In this document: positions 51,529 through 63,469 of the stretch, in pieces | How positions within the stretch are numbered: the stretch's first letter is position 1 | Layout: each line of letters begins with the position of its first letter | From: Ranitomeya imitator | Taxonomy: Eukaryota | Assembly (NCBI RefSeq): GCF_032444005.1 | Contig: NC_091290.1 | Coordinates: forward strand, 147,064,001-147,128,000 | Direction of reading: 5' to 3' | DNA: 64,000 nucleotides | Translations under genes and position numbers: made by a program | The notes under the pieces: generated by a model | Told to the model about the DNA's origin: nothing | Databases searched by the model: none | What the model saw: the letters and a program-made list of their open reading frames with translations, nothing else

Positions 51529-51650
51529 CCAGTTGTGACTTGTATTGTTTAAGATTATTGTACTTTGTTTTTGTTATGTATACCCCTCCTCACATATAAA
51601 GCGCCATGGAATAAATGGTGCTATAACAATAAATAATAATAATAATAATA

Positions 51651-52975
51651 TGTGTGGTAAATCATCATTATTCTGTGGATATCTGAGGTAAATCCTCATT
51701 ATTCTGTGGATATCTGAGGTAAATCATCATTATTCTGTTGATATGTGAGGTAAATCCTCATTATTCTGTGGATATCTGTGGTAAATCCTCATTATTCTGT
51801 GGATATCTGTGGTAAATCCTCATTATTCTGTGGATATCTGTGGTAAATCCTCATTATTCTGTGGATATCTGTGGTAAATCCTCATTATTCTGTGGATATC
51901 TGTGGTAAATCCTCATTATTCTGTGGATATCTGTGGTAAATCCTCATTATTCTGTGGATATCTGTGGTAAATCCTCATTATTCTGTGGATATCTGAGGTA
52001 AATCATCATTATTCTGTTGATATCTGAGGTAAATCCTCATTATTCTGTTGATATCTGTGGTAAATCCTCATTATTCTGTGGATATCTGAGGTAAATCCTC
52101 ATTATTCTGTGGATATCTGTGGTAAATCCTCATTATTCTGTGGATATCTGTGGTAAATCCTCATTATTCTGTGGATATCTGTGGTAAATCCTCATTATTC
52201 TGTGGATATCTGTGGTAAATCCTCATTATTCTGTTGATATCTGTGGTAAATCCTCATTATTCTGTGGATATCTGAGGTAAATCCTCATTATTCTGTGGAT
52301 ATCTGAGGCAAATCCTCATTATTCTGTTGATATCTGTGGTAAATCCTCATTATTCTGTGGATATCTGAGGTAAATCATCATTATTCTGTTGATATCTGAG
52401 GTAAATCCTCATTATTCTGTTGATATCTGTGGTAAATCATCATTATTCTGTTGATATCTGAGGTAAATCATCATTATTCTGTGGATATCTGTGGTAAATC
52501 CTCATTATTCTGTGGATATCTGTGGTAAATCCTCATTATTCTGTGGATATCTGAGGTAAATCCTCATTATTCTGTGGATATCTGAGGTAAATCCTCATTA
52601 TTCTGTGGATATCTGTGGTAAATCCTCATTATTCTGTTGATATCTGAGGTAAATCCTCATTATTCTGTGGATATCTGTGGTAAATCCTCATTATTCTGTG
52701 GATATCTGTGGTAAATCCTCATTATTCTGTTGATATCTGAGGTAAATCCTCATTATTCTGTGGATATCTGTGGTAAATCCTCATTATTCTGTGGATATCT
52801 GTGGTAAATCCTCATTATTCTGTGGATATCTGTGGTAAATCCTCATTATTCTGTGGATATCTGTGGTAAATCCTCATTATTCTGTGGATATCTGAGGTAA
52901 ATCCTCATTATTCTGTAGATATCTGAGGTAAATCCTCATTATTCTGTAGATATCTGAGGTAAATCCTCATTATTC
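51651..52975. repeat. Tandem array of a 31-bp unit (GTAAATCCTCATTATTCTGTGGATATCTGTG), about 43 copies
   Basis: Direct periodicity; TGTG/TGAG and GTGG/GTTG variants. Confidence 0.95.
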
Positions 52976-53187
52976 TGACGAGGCTGAAGTTGAATTCTTA
53001 TTTGTCCAGTTTCTTATTTGGCAATTTTTTCTTTTCAATTTTTATAGGTTTAACAACAAAAAATAAGTATCAGAATAATAACATACAATGCAGCAAGATG
53101 CCCTGATGTGAATACACTTAAAAATAGCTACAAAAACTATAAAACTGGCACAAAAATGGCCTCAAAGTGGGCACCAAAGAGCATTAA

Positions 53188-53814
53188 AGGGAACCTGTCA
53201 CCCCCAAAATGGAAGTTGAGCTAAGCCCACCGGCATCAGGGGCTTATCTACAGCATTCTGTAATGCATTCTGTAATGCTGCAGATAAGCCCCCGATGTAT
53301 CCTGAAAGATGAGAAAAACAGGTTATATTATACTCACCTGGGGGGCGGTTCGGTCCGATGGGCATCGCGGTCCTGTCCAGGGCCTCCCATCTTCTTACAA
53401 TGACGTCCTCTTCTTGTCGCGGCTCCGGCGCAGGCGTAATTTGTCTTTCCTGTTGAGGGCAGAGCAAAGTACTGCAGTGCGCAGGCACTGGGCCACTCTG
53501 ACCTTTCCCGGCGCCTGTGCACTGCAGTACTTTGCTCTGCCCTCAACAGGACAGACAAAGTACTCCGGAGCCGCAGCGTGAAGACAAGAAGAGGACGTCA
53601 TAGTAAGAAGATGGGAGGCCCCGGACCGGACCGTGACACCCATCGGATCGGACCGCCCGCCCAGGTGAGAATAATCTAACCTCTTTTTCTCATCTTTCAG
53701 GATACATCGGGGGCTTATCTACAGCATTACAGAATGCATTACAGAATGCGGTAGATAAGCCCCTGATGCTGGTGGCCGCAGCTCATCTTCGATGTTGGGG
53801 CTGACAGGTTCCCT
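53188..53814. mobile_element. T2/Kolobok-family palindromic MITE
   Basis: TTAA (53184-53187) then AGGGAACCTGTCA...TGACAGGTTCCCT then TTCA (mutated TTAA). Near full-length inverted arms and central hairpin CCTGTTGAGGGCAGAGCAAAGTACTGCAGTGC / GCACTGCAGTACTTTGCTCTGCCCTCAACAGG. Confidence 0.85.
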
Positions 53815-54097
53815 TTCATGAAAGGGTTAAATTACTTTGGGCCACTGATATCACAGTGCAGACAAATAGAACAGGGCACCCCACATCAAACCCAGGACCC
53901 TCCAGCCTGCCCCAAATGGGTTCTGGGCATCAGTTGCTTATTAAAATCTGTGAAAATCGGCTGTTTGCCCACTTTGATGGCAAAAACAGTTTTCTACATT
54001 AATCCGATTTGGATGCTAGAATTTTTCTGAATTTTCCCTCAGTTTGCATTTTGCAATATTTGAATATCCTACTGCCAGTGATTACTAATTTGCTTAT

Positions 54098-55760
54098 AGT
54101 ATCACACAGGGCAGGATCAGATACAGCAGACTGTGTCACACAGGATAGGATCAGATACAGCAGACAGTATCACACAGGGCAGGATTAGATACAGCAGACA
54201 GTATCACACAGGATAGGATTAGATACAGCAGACAGTATCACACAGGATAGGATTAGATACAGCAGACAGTATCACACAGGATAGGATTAGATACAGCAGA
54301 CAGTATCACACAGGATAGGATTAGATACAGCAGAGAGTATCACACAGGGCAGGATCAGATACAGCAGACAGTATCACACAGGGCAGGATCAGATACAGCA
54401 GACAGTATCACACAGGATAGGATTAGATACAGCAGACAGTATCACACAGGATAGGATTAGATACAGCAGACAGTATTACACAGGATAGGATTAGATACAG
54501 CAGACAGTATCACACAGGATAGGATTAGATACAGCAGACAGTATCACACAGGATAGGATTAGATACAGCAGACAGTATCACACAGGATAGGATTAGATAC
54601 AGCAGACAGTATCACACAGGATAGGATTAGATACAGCAGACAGTATCACACAGGATAGGATTAGATACAGCAGACAGTATCACACAGGATAGGATTAGAT
54701 ACAGCAGACAGTATCACACAGGGCAGGATCAGATACAGCAGATAGTATCACACAGGATAGGATTAGATACAGCAGACAGTATCACACAGGATAGGATTAG
54801 ATACAGCAGACAGTATCACACAGGGCAGGATCAGATACAGCAGACAGTATCACACAGGATAGGATCAGATACAGCAGACAGTATCACACAGGATAGGATT
54901 AGATACAGCAGACAGTATCACACAGGATAGGATTAGATACAGCAGACAGTATCACACAGGGCAGGATCAGATACAGCAGACAGTATCACACAGGATAGGA
55001 TTAGATACAGCAGACAGTATCACACAGGATAGGATTAGATACAGCAGACAGTATCACACAGGATAGGATTAGATACAGCAGACAGTATCACACAGGATAG
55101 GATTAGATACAGCAGACAGTATCACACAGGATAGGATTAGATACAGCAAACAGTATCACACAGGATAGGATTAGATACAGCAAACAGTATCACACAGGAT
55201 AGGATTAGATACAGCAGACAGTATCACACAGGATAGGATTAGATACAGCAGACAGTATCACACAGGGCAGGATCAGATACAGCAGACAGTATCACACAGG
55301 ATAGGATTAGATACAGCAGACAGTATCACACAGGATAGGATTAGATACAGCAGACAGTATCACACAGGATAGGATTAGATACAGCAGACAGTATCACACA
55401 GGGCAGGATCAGATACAGCAGACAGTATCACACAGGATAGGATTAGATACAGCAGACAGTATCACACAGGATAGGATTAGATACAGCAGACAGTATCACA
55501 CAGGATAGGATTAGATACAGCAGACAGTATCACACAGGATAGGATTAGATACAGCAGACAGTATCACACAGGATAGGATTAGATACAGCAGACAGTATCG
55601 CACAGGACAAGATCAGATACAGCAGACTGTGTCACACAGGATAGGATTAGATACAGCAGACAGTATTACACAGGGTAGGATTAGATACAGCAGACAGTAT
55701 TACACAGGGTAGGATTAGATACAGCAGACAGTATTACACAGGGCAGGATTAGATACAGCA
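54098..55760. repeat. Second array of the 34-bp family, same orientation as 44066-48592, about 49 copies
   Basis: Same unit; enriched for the GGGCAGGATCAG variant. Confidence 0.95.
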
Positions 55761-56549
55761 GGTACAAACTAAGAGTAGTCGTCTCCATATCTAATAACTA
55801 AGTAGCCCTGTAACGCATGGAATCTATGACATATGAGTGACGTTACTGCTCTAGGTAATAGGAATAATGAAGGGATAAATAGGCCAGGTGCTGTGTGACC
55901 CGCAGCCACGATAAGGCGATTCTCTCTGCTGGGAACCTCCCGTGTGATTTCTGTCCGGGGCTGCTCCCCCATTATCTGCAGCAGTAATGTCATTCCTAGT
56001 CCGTATAGTTCATGTTTTTGTGCTGTAGCGTTACACAGTGCAGCTTTATTTGTTAATTACACATCACATAATATTCGCCAATATTGATGATTCGGCCGAT
56101 GGTCCAATGTGTCCGAGCCGCCGGCGGACTGATGGCCGAGGATTTGGCTTTGGATTCAGGACTGACAGTCACATCGATCTCCAGTAGAGACCTCGGCCTT
56201 TGTCATACAGGACACAGGAGCTCGTGTGTACGGGAGAGATGGCGGAAGACGACAGCATCTAATGTGTATGGACGGGCAGAGCCGTGAGACGTCTTCATAC
56301 ACTACCTGTCGGCAGCACATCTATTGCTTGCAACTATTCTAATATCAGAAAAAAACATCCAACGCTTGAAAAACGCGGTCAATGTATGGGAGCAATAATC
56401 GGCTCATGTGAATGGGCCTCTACCCCGCAGACCTCCAGGATGAAGGCATCGCACCTCTGGATGCTGCTGTGACAATACATCTGTTTCTTCTGAATTGTCC
56501 ATTAAATCGTCCTAAAAAGGTGAACTACCCAGAGATTCTGACACTGCTC

Positions 56550-56715
56550 CCTCCTGACCTCTGGTGGCCACATTGAGCATTACAAGTAGAAGTATAAAAC
56601 TACAACTCCCAGAACACCTTGCGCCTGCGTGACGTCGTTGCTAGGTGACGGCGACGTGATGGCGCAGAACGTTTGTTGTTGTTTCCGCTGCTTGGCCGGA
56701 AAGATGGCGGCTCAC
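56550..56715 (+). promoter_or_regulatory. WDR59: WDR59 core promoter with CTCF-, ZNF143/THAP11-, CRE-, RFX- and YY1-like motifs
   Basis: CCACCAGAGGTCAG (-, 56554-56567), ACTACAACTCCCAGAA (56599-56614), TGACGTC (56630-56636), GTTGCTAGGTGAC (56637-56649), and AAGATGGCGG over the ATG. CpG-rich. Confidence 0.6.
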
Positions 56716-56757
56716 TGGAGCAGCGAGAACGTGGTGGTGGAGTTCCGCGACTCGCAG
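56704..56757 (+). CDS. WDR59: WDR59 (GATOR2 complex subunit) coding exon 1
   Basis: MAAHWSSENVVVEFRDSQ (recalled human MAARWSSENVVVEFRDSQ); donor CAG|GTCAGT; 54 nt. Confidence 0.94.
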
Positions 56758-57109
56758 GTCAGTGGAGGGAAGGAGAAGCGTCCTGTGCGGGGACCTCCCG
56801 GGAGCTTCAGCCGGATGTCAGGGCAGTGACACTATCGGAAGCGAAGGAGTGCAGCCTGGTCACACTGCGCATGTGCAGCCCTGAACTGCGCTCCATGGGA
56901 CCGCAGAGAGCATGCCGGGAAAACTCCTTCCTCTACCAGGCAACTACAAGTCACAGCATGGCAATATGTATCTGCTGCACTGCTATCTGTGGGAAATGTG
57001 TAAAGAAGAAGGAAAGGGTTCTCTCTGCTGAGGGTTTGTCGCAGTGTGATGTACAGAGCAACTCCCCTCCCTGTGCTGCTGGTTTGTCACAGTGTACAAG
57101 TGCAGCGGA

Positions 57110-60100
57110 ATGTCTCTGCATGCCTCCCTTGTCCCCATGTCTCTGGACCCCTCTGCATGCCCCCAGATTTCCTGACATTGCCCCCCATGTCTCTGGACCC
57201 CTCTGCATGCCCCCAGATTTCCTGACATTGCCCCCCATGTCTCTGGACACCTCTGCATGCCCCCAGATTTCCTGACATTGCCCCCCATGTCTCTGGACCC
57301 CTCTGCATGCCCCCAGATTTCCTGACATTGCCCCCCATGTCTCTGGACACCTCTGCATGCCCCCAGATTTCCTGACATTGCCCCCCATGTCTCTGGACAC
57401 CTCTGCATGCCCCCAGATTTCCTGACATTGCCCCCCATGTCTCTGGACACCTTTGCATGCCCCCAGATTTCCTGACATTGCCCCCCATGTCTCTGGACCC
57501 CTCTGCATGCCCCCAGATTTCCTGACATTGCCCCCCATGTCTCTGGACCCCTCTGCATGCCCCCAGATTTCCTGACATTGCCCCCCATGTCTCTGGACAC
57601 CTTTGCATGCCCCCAGATTTCCTGACATTGCCCCCCATGTCTCTGGACACCTCTGCATGCCCCCAGATTTCCTGACATTGAGCCCCATGTCTCTGGACAC
57701 CTCTCCATGCCCCCAGAATTCCTGACATTGCCCCCATGTCTCTGGACACCTCTGCATGCCCCCAGATTTCCTGACATTGCCCCCCATGTCTCTGGACCCC
57801 TCTGCATGCCCCCAGATTTCCTGACATTGCCCCCCATGTCTCTGGACCCCTCTGCATGCCCCCAGATTTCCTGACATTGCCCCCTCTCCATGTCTCTGGA
57901 CACCTCTGCATGCCCCCAGATTTCCTGATATTGCCCCCCATGTCTCTGGACCCCTCTGCATGCCCCCAGATTTCCTGACATTGCCCCCATGTCTCTGGAC
58001 CCCTCTGCATGCCCCCAGATTTCCTGACATTGCCCCCCATGTCTCTGGACCCCTCTGCATGCCCCCAGATTTCCTGACATTGCCCCCCATGTCTCTGGAC
58101 ACCTCTGCATGCCCCCAGATTTCCTGACATTGCCCCCCATGTCTCTGGACACCTCTGCATGCCCCCAGATTTCCTGACATTGCCCCCCATGTCTCTGGAC
58201 CCCTCTGCATGCCCCCAGATTTCCTGACATTGCCCCCTCTCCATGTCTCTGGACACCTCTGCATGCCCCCAGATTTCCTGACATTGCCCCCATGTCTCTG
58301 GACCCCTCTGCATGCCCCCAGATTTCCTGACATTGCCCCCCATTTCTCTGGACCCCTCTGCATGCCCCCAGATTTCCTGACATTGCCCCCCATGTCTCTG
58401 GACCCCTCTGCATGCCCCCAGATTTCCTGACATTGCCCCCATGTCTCTGGACCCCTCTGCATGCCCCCAGATTTCCTGACATTGCCCCCCCTCCATGTCT
58501 CTGGACCCCTCTGCATGCCCCCAGATTTCCTGACATTGCCCCCCATGTCTCTGGACACCTCTGCATGCCCCAAGATTTCCTGACATTGCCCCCCATGTCT
58601 CTGGACCCCTCTGCATGCCCCCAGATTTCCTGACATTGCCCCCCATGTCTCTGGACCCCTCTGCATGCCCCCAGATTTCCTGACATTGCCCCCATGTCTC
58701 TGGACCCCTCTGCATGCCCCCAGATTTCCTGACATTGCCCCCCCTCCATGTCTCTGGACCCCTCTGCATGCCCCCAGATTTCCTGACATTGCCCCCCATG
58801 TCTCTGGACACCTCTGCATGCCCCAAGATTTCCTGACATTGCCCCCCGTGTCTCTGGACCCCTCTGCATGCCCCCAGATTTTCTGACATTGCCCCCCGTG
58901 TCTCTGGACCCCTCTGCATGCCCCCAGATTTCCTGACATTGCCCCCCCTCCATGTCTCTGGACCCCTCTGCATGCCCCCAGATTTCCTGACATTGCCCCC
59001 CATGTCTCTGGACACCTCTGCATGCCCCCAGATTTCCTGACATTGCCCCCCCTCCATGTCTCTGGACCCCTCTGCATGCCCCCAGATTTCCTGATATTGC
59101 CCCCCCTCCATGTCTCTGGACCCCTCTGCATGCCCCCAGATTTCCTGACATTGCCCCCCATGTCTCTGGACCCCTCTGCATGCCCCCAGATTTCCTGACA
59201 TTGCCCCCTCTCCATGTCTCTGGACACCTCTGCATGCCCCCAGATTTCCTGATATTGCCCCCCATGTCTCTGGACCCCTCTGCATGCCCCCAGATTTCCT
59301 GACATTGCCCCCATGTCTCTGGACCCCTCTGCATGCCCCCAGATTTCCTGACATTGCCCCCCATGTCTCTGGACCCCTCTGCATGCCCCCAGATTTCCTG
59401 ACATTGCCCCCTCTCCATGTCTCTGGACACCTCTGCATGCCCCCAGATTTCCTGACATTGCCCCCATGTCTCTGGACCCCTCTGCATGCCCCCAGATTTC
59501 CTGACATTGCCCCCCATGTCTCTGGACCCCTCTGCATGCCCCCAGATTTCCTGACATTGCCCCCTCTCCATGTCTCTGGACACCTCTGCATGCCCCCAGA
59601 TTTCCTGACATTGCCCCCATGTCTCTGGACCCCTCTGCATGCCCCCAGATTTCCTGACATTGCCCCCCATTTCTCTGGACCCCTCTGCATGCCCCCAGAT
59701 TTCCTGACATTGCCCCCCATGTCTCTGGACCCCTCTGCATGCCCCCAGATTTCCTGACATTGCCCCCCCTCCATGTCTCTGGACCCCTCTGCATGCCCCC
59801 AGATTTCCTGACATTGCCCCCCATGTCTCTGGACACCTCTGCATGCCCCAAGATTTCCTGACATTGCCCCCCGTGTCTCTGGACCCCTCTGCATGCCCCC
59901 AGATTTTCTGACATTGCCCCCCGTGTCTCTGGACCCCTCTGCATGCCCCCAGATTTCCTGACATTGCCCCCCCTCCATGTCTCTGGACCCCTCTGCATGC
60001 CCCCAGATTTCCTGACATTGCCCCCCATGTCTCTGGACACCTCTGCATGCCCCCAGATCTCCTGACATTGCCCCCCCTCCATGTCTCTGGACCCCTCTGC

Positions 60101-61492
60101 ATGCCCCCAGATTTCCTGATATTGCCCCCCCTCCATGTCTCTGGACCCCTCTGCATGCTCCCAGATTTCCTGATATTGCCCCCCCTCCATGTCTCTGGAC
60201 CCCTCTGCATGCCCCCAGATTTCCTGACATTGCCCCCCATGTCTCTGGACCCCTCTGCATGCCCCCAGATTTCCTGACATTGCCCCCCCTCCATGTCTCT
60301 GGACCCCTCTGCATGCCCCCAGATTTCCTGATATTGCCCCCCCTCCATGTCTCTGGACCCCTCTGCATGCTCCCAGATTTCCTGATATTGCCCCCCCTCC
60401 ATGTCTCTGGACCCCTCTGCATGCTCCCAGATTTCCTGATATTGCCCCCCCTCCATGTCTCTGGACCCCTCTGCATGCCCCCAGATTTCCTGACATTGCC
60501 CCCCCTCCATGTCTCTGGACCCCTCTGCATGCCCCCAGATTTCCTGACATTGCCCCCCATGTCTCTGGACACCTCTGCATGCCCCCAGATCTCCTGACAT
60601 TGCCCCCCCTCCATGTCTCTGGACCCCTCTGCATGCCCCCAGATTTCCTGATATTGCCCCCCCTCCATGTCTCTGGACCCCTCTGCATGCTCCCAGATTT
60701 CCTGATATTGCCCCCCCTCCATGTCTCTGGACCCCTCTGCATGCCCCCAGATTTCCTGACATTGCCCCCCATGTCTCTGGACCCCTCTGCATGCCCCCAG
60801 ATTTCCTGACATTGCCCCCCCTCCATGTCTCTGGACCCCTCTGCATGCCCCCAGATTTCCTGATATTGCCCCCCCTCCATGTCTCTGGACCCCTCTGCAT
60901 GCTCCCAGATTTCCTGATATTGCCCCCCCTCCATGTCTCTGGACCCCTCTGCATGCTCCCAGATTTCCTGATATTGCCCCCCCTCCATGTCTCTGGACCC
61001 CTCTGCATGCCCCCAGATTTCCTGACATTGCCCCCCCTCCATGTCTCTGGACCCCTCTGCATGCCCCCAGATTTCCTGACATTGCCCCCCCTCCATGTCT
61101 CTGGACCCCTCTGCATGCTCCCAGATTTCCTGACATTGCCTCCATGTCTCTGGACCCCTCTGCATGCCCCCAGATTTCCTGATATTTCCCCCCCTCCATG
61201 TCTCTGGACACCTCTGCATGCCCCCAGATTTCCTGACATTGCCCCCCATGTCTCTGGACCCCTCTGCATGCCCCCAGATTTCCTGATATTGCCCCCCCTC
61301 CATGTCTCCTGACATTGCCCCCCCTCCATGTCTCTGGACCCCTCTGCATGCCCCCAGATTTCCTGATATTGCCCCCCCTCCATGTCTCTGGACCCCTCTG
61401 CATGCCCCCAGATTTCCTGACATTGCCCCCCATGTCTCTGGACCCCTCTGCATGCCCCCAGATTTCCTGATATTGCCCCCCCTCCATGTCTC
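57110..61492. repeat. About 4.4-kb tandem array of a 50-bp unit (GTCTCTGGACCCCTCTGCATGCCCCCAGATTTCCTGACATTGCCCCCCAT) with 49- and 53/54-bp variants, about 85 copies, WDR59 intron 1
   Basis: 50-nt period; degenerate continuation at about 61600-62200. Confidence 0.96.
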
Positions 61493-62311
61493 GGGACATC
61501 AATCTCCACAACGGTCAATCTCCTCCACCTCTCACTGTCTTGGGTTTCGAAACACTGCTGTCCAGCTACCCCACCCCTGGGTGAAGGGACGTTTCTGTCT
61601 ACACTAACCCCCCCCCCCCCCCCCCCATGTCTCTGGACGCCTCTGCCTCCCTAACTCCCCCATGTTTCTGGACCCTCCTGTTACCCCAACCCTGGGTATC
61701 GAGATGCCTGTGTCCACACGCCCAACACCATGTCTCTGACACCTGTCACCCCCCCCCCCCCCCCCCTTCAATGTCTCTGGACACCCCTGCTCCCCACGTC
61801 TGGGGATGTGTCTGTCCACACCCTCCCCATGTGTCTGGATGCCCCTGGTTCACCTCCCCCCCGGGTCTCTGGACGCCCCTGTCCACTCCCCCACCCCTAT
61901 GTCTCTGGACATCCTTGTCTCTCCACCCCTGGGTCTCTGGACGCCACTGTCAACCCCCCCCCCCCCCCCCCATGCCTCTGGATGCCCCTGCTTCACCTCA
62001 GGTCTCCTGACACGGCTGTCCTCCCCTCTCCCTCCTCTGGGTCTCGTGACCCCCATCTCTAACCCCCCTCCGTACACTGCTCTCCGACCCCTCATGTCTC
62101 CGAATGCCTCTATGGACCCCCCATGTCTCCTGACCCCTCTGTCCCATCTCGCCCTCGAGTCTCCGTTCGCCTCTGTCTCCCTGCCCTCTCCCATATCTAG
62201 ACATCATCTGTTGGGGGCGCTCTGCGCCTCACTAGACGTCCGCTCTCCCTGATGTTGCTGGGTCGTCTGATTTTTCTTGTGGCATCATGACCTCCATCTT
62301 TATTGTTCTAG

Positions 62312-62361
62312 GCGACTGCGATGTCGGTGGACTGTCAGGGGCAGCTCGCCGTCCTCTCTGG
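62312..62361 (+). CDS. WDR59: WDR59 coding exon 2
   Basis: Acceptor TTGTTCTAG|GCG; ATAMSVDCQGQLAVLS(G); donor TGG|GTGAGT; 50 nt. Confidence 0.93.
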
Positions 62362-63086
62362 GTGAGTGTCTTATTGGGTTATATCTACAAGGGGAAGCAT
62401 CCAAGGATTAGGTACAAACCGATGTGATACCGTCTGCTTAGTTGTATCTTAGCCTGCTCTTTTTCTTTAAAATCTTTTTATTGAAAGATTCCACAGGATA
62501 AAGTTACAAACCTATAATATCACAGTATAAGGTCAGAATGCTACAAACAGTCACCCTTTACAATAACATGGAGGTAACATTACACTCTCAATAATAAACA
62601 AATAAAAAAAGTGAACAAACCGTATAGAACATGGCACATTAGGATCATTTCCATTAGGAAGCATTGCACACTGTGGTTTTTTTCTGGCAGTTCTATAATC
62701 TGCCTTTTCCTTTATGGTGGAGGCAGCAGCGAGCGAGGAGCTTAACGATATGATGTGGAGGGGAGAGGCGGCAGTCGCTCCATCCCTGTGGCCGCTCATA
62801 GTGGGGGATGGGCAGAAACTGCATTTTACGTGAGTATTTGTAAGCCAAAACCAGGAGTGGAAAACACTTCTCCATTGTCACCCACTCCTGGTCGTTGCTT
62901 ACACATACCGAAATACTGACTGTGTGAACGTGGCCTTTCTGACATGCACTAGTAGAATCATATGTCGGTAAGAAATCATTTGTGGGACTACAACCCCCAG
63001 CCTCTGCTGCTGCAGTTCTTGTGACACGCAGGCGCTTACTCTTTATTCTTGGTGATGTTACTTCTTGCCTGTCTTTTCCGTCACAG

Positions 63087-63222
63087 CCGCCGTTTCCTTT
63101 ACATCGTCAACTTGGAAACCCCCAACGAAGCCCCCCGAAAAATATCCCGGCAGAGCAAGTGGGACATCGGCACGGTGCAGTGGAACCCACACGACAGCTA
63201 CACTCACTTTTTTGCAGCCTCT
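63087..63222 (+). CDS. WDR59: WDR59 coding exon 3 (gene continues beyond window)
   Basis: Acceptor CGTCACAG|C; RRFLYIVNLETPNEAPRKISRQSKWDIGTVQWNPHDSYTHFFAAS; donor TCT|GTAAGT; 136 nt; exons 1-3 sum to 240 nt, in frame. Confidence 0.95.
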
Positions 63223-63469
63223 GTAAGTTTTCTTCTATTTCGGTCAGAGCTGTGATCATGAATGATTGTTCTGGGTTATGGGAGGTTTTCCTGATCCGGG
63301 GGCTGGAGATCTGCATGGGGAAGACCCCTTTAACCTCTGGACGACATTTGACATATCCATACGTTCAGGTTGTCCGGCAGTGCAGAGCTGACAGTAAAAC
63401 CGAGCAATGCTCCTCTGTCCCCATGCAATACAAGCGATCAGACTGCAGAAAGTGAAAGTCCCATAGAGG

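Larger units (their letters stand above)
48947..51650 (+). mobile_element. 5'-truncated L2-clade (CR1 group) LINE with (AAT)n tail
   Basis: RT remnant, 3'UTR, stem-loop GCGCCAT-GGAATAA-ATGGTGC at 51601-51621, and (AAT)n tail to about 51650. Confidence 0.9.

Noticed and set aside
50262-51538. 417/418-aa ORFs with 20-aa repeats
   Set aside because: 60-bp repeat in the L2 3'UTR, downstream of the RT stop.
53198-53643. Several 64-96-aa ORFs on both strands
   Set aside because: They lie in a palindromic non-autonomous T2-type MITE; no transposase motifs.
56629-56706. Upstream in-frame extension of WDR59 (from GTG 56629 or ATG 56659)
   Set aside because: The ATG at 56704 matches the conserved N-terminus in a strong context; the upstream extension has no supporting homology.
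56951-61518. Three overlapping 1474-1511-aa ORFs on the minus strand
   Set aside because: They are the 50-bp repeat read antisense to WDR59. The unit has no stop triplet on that strand, so all frames stay open. No domain, promoter or splice support.
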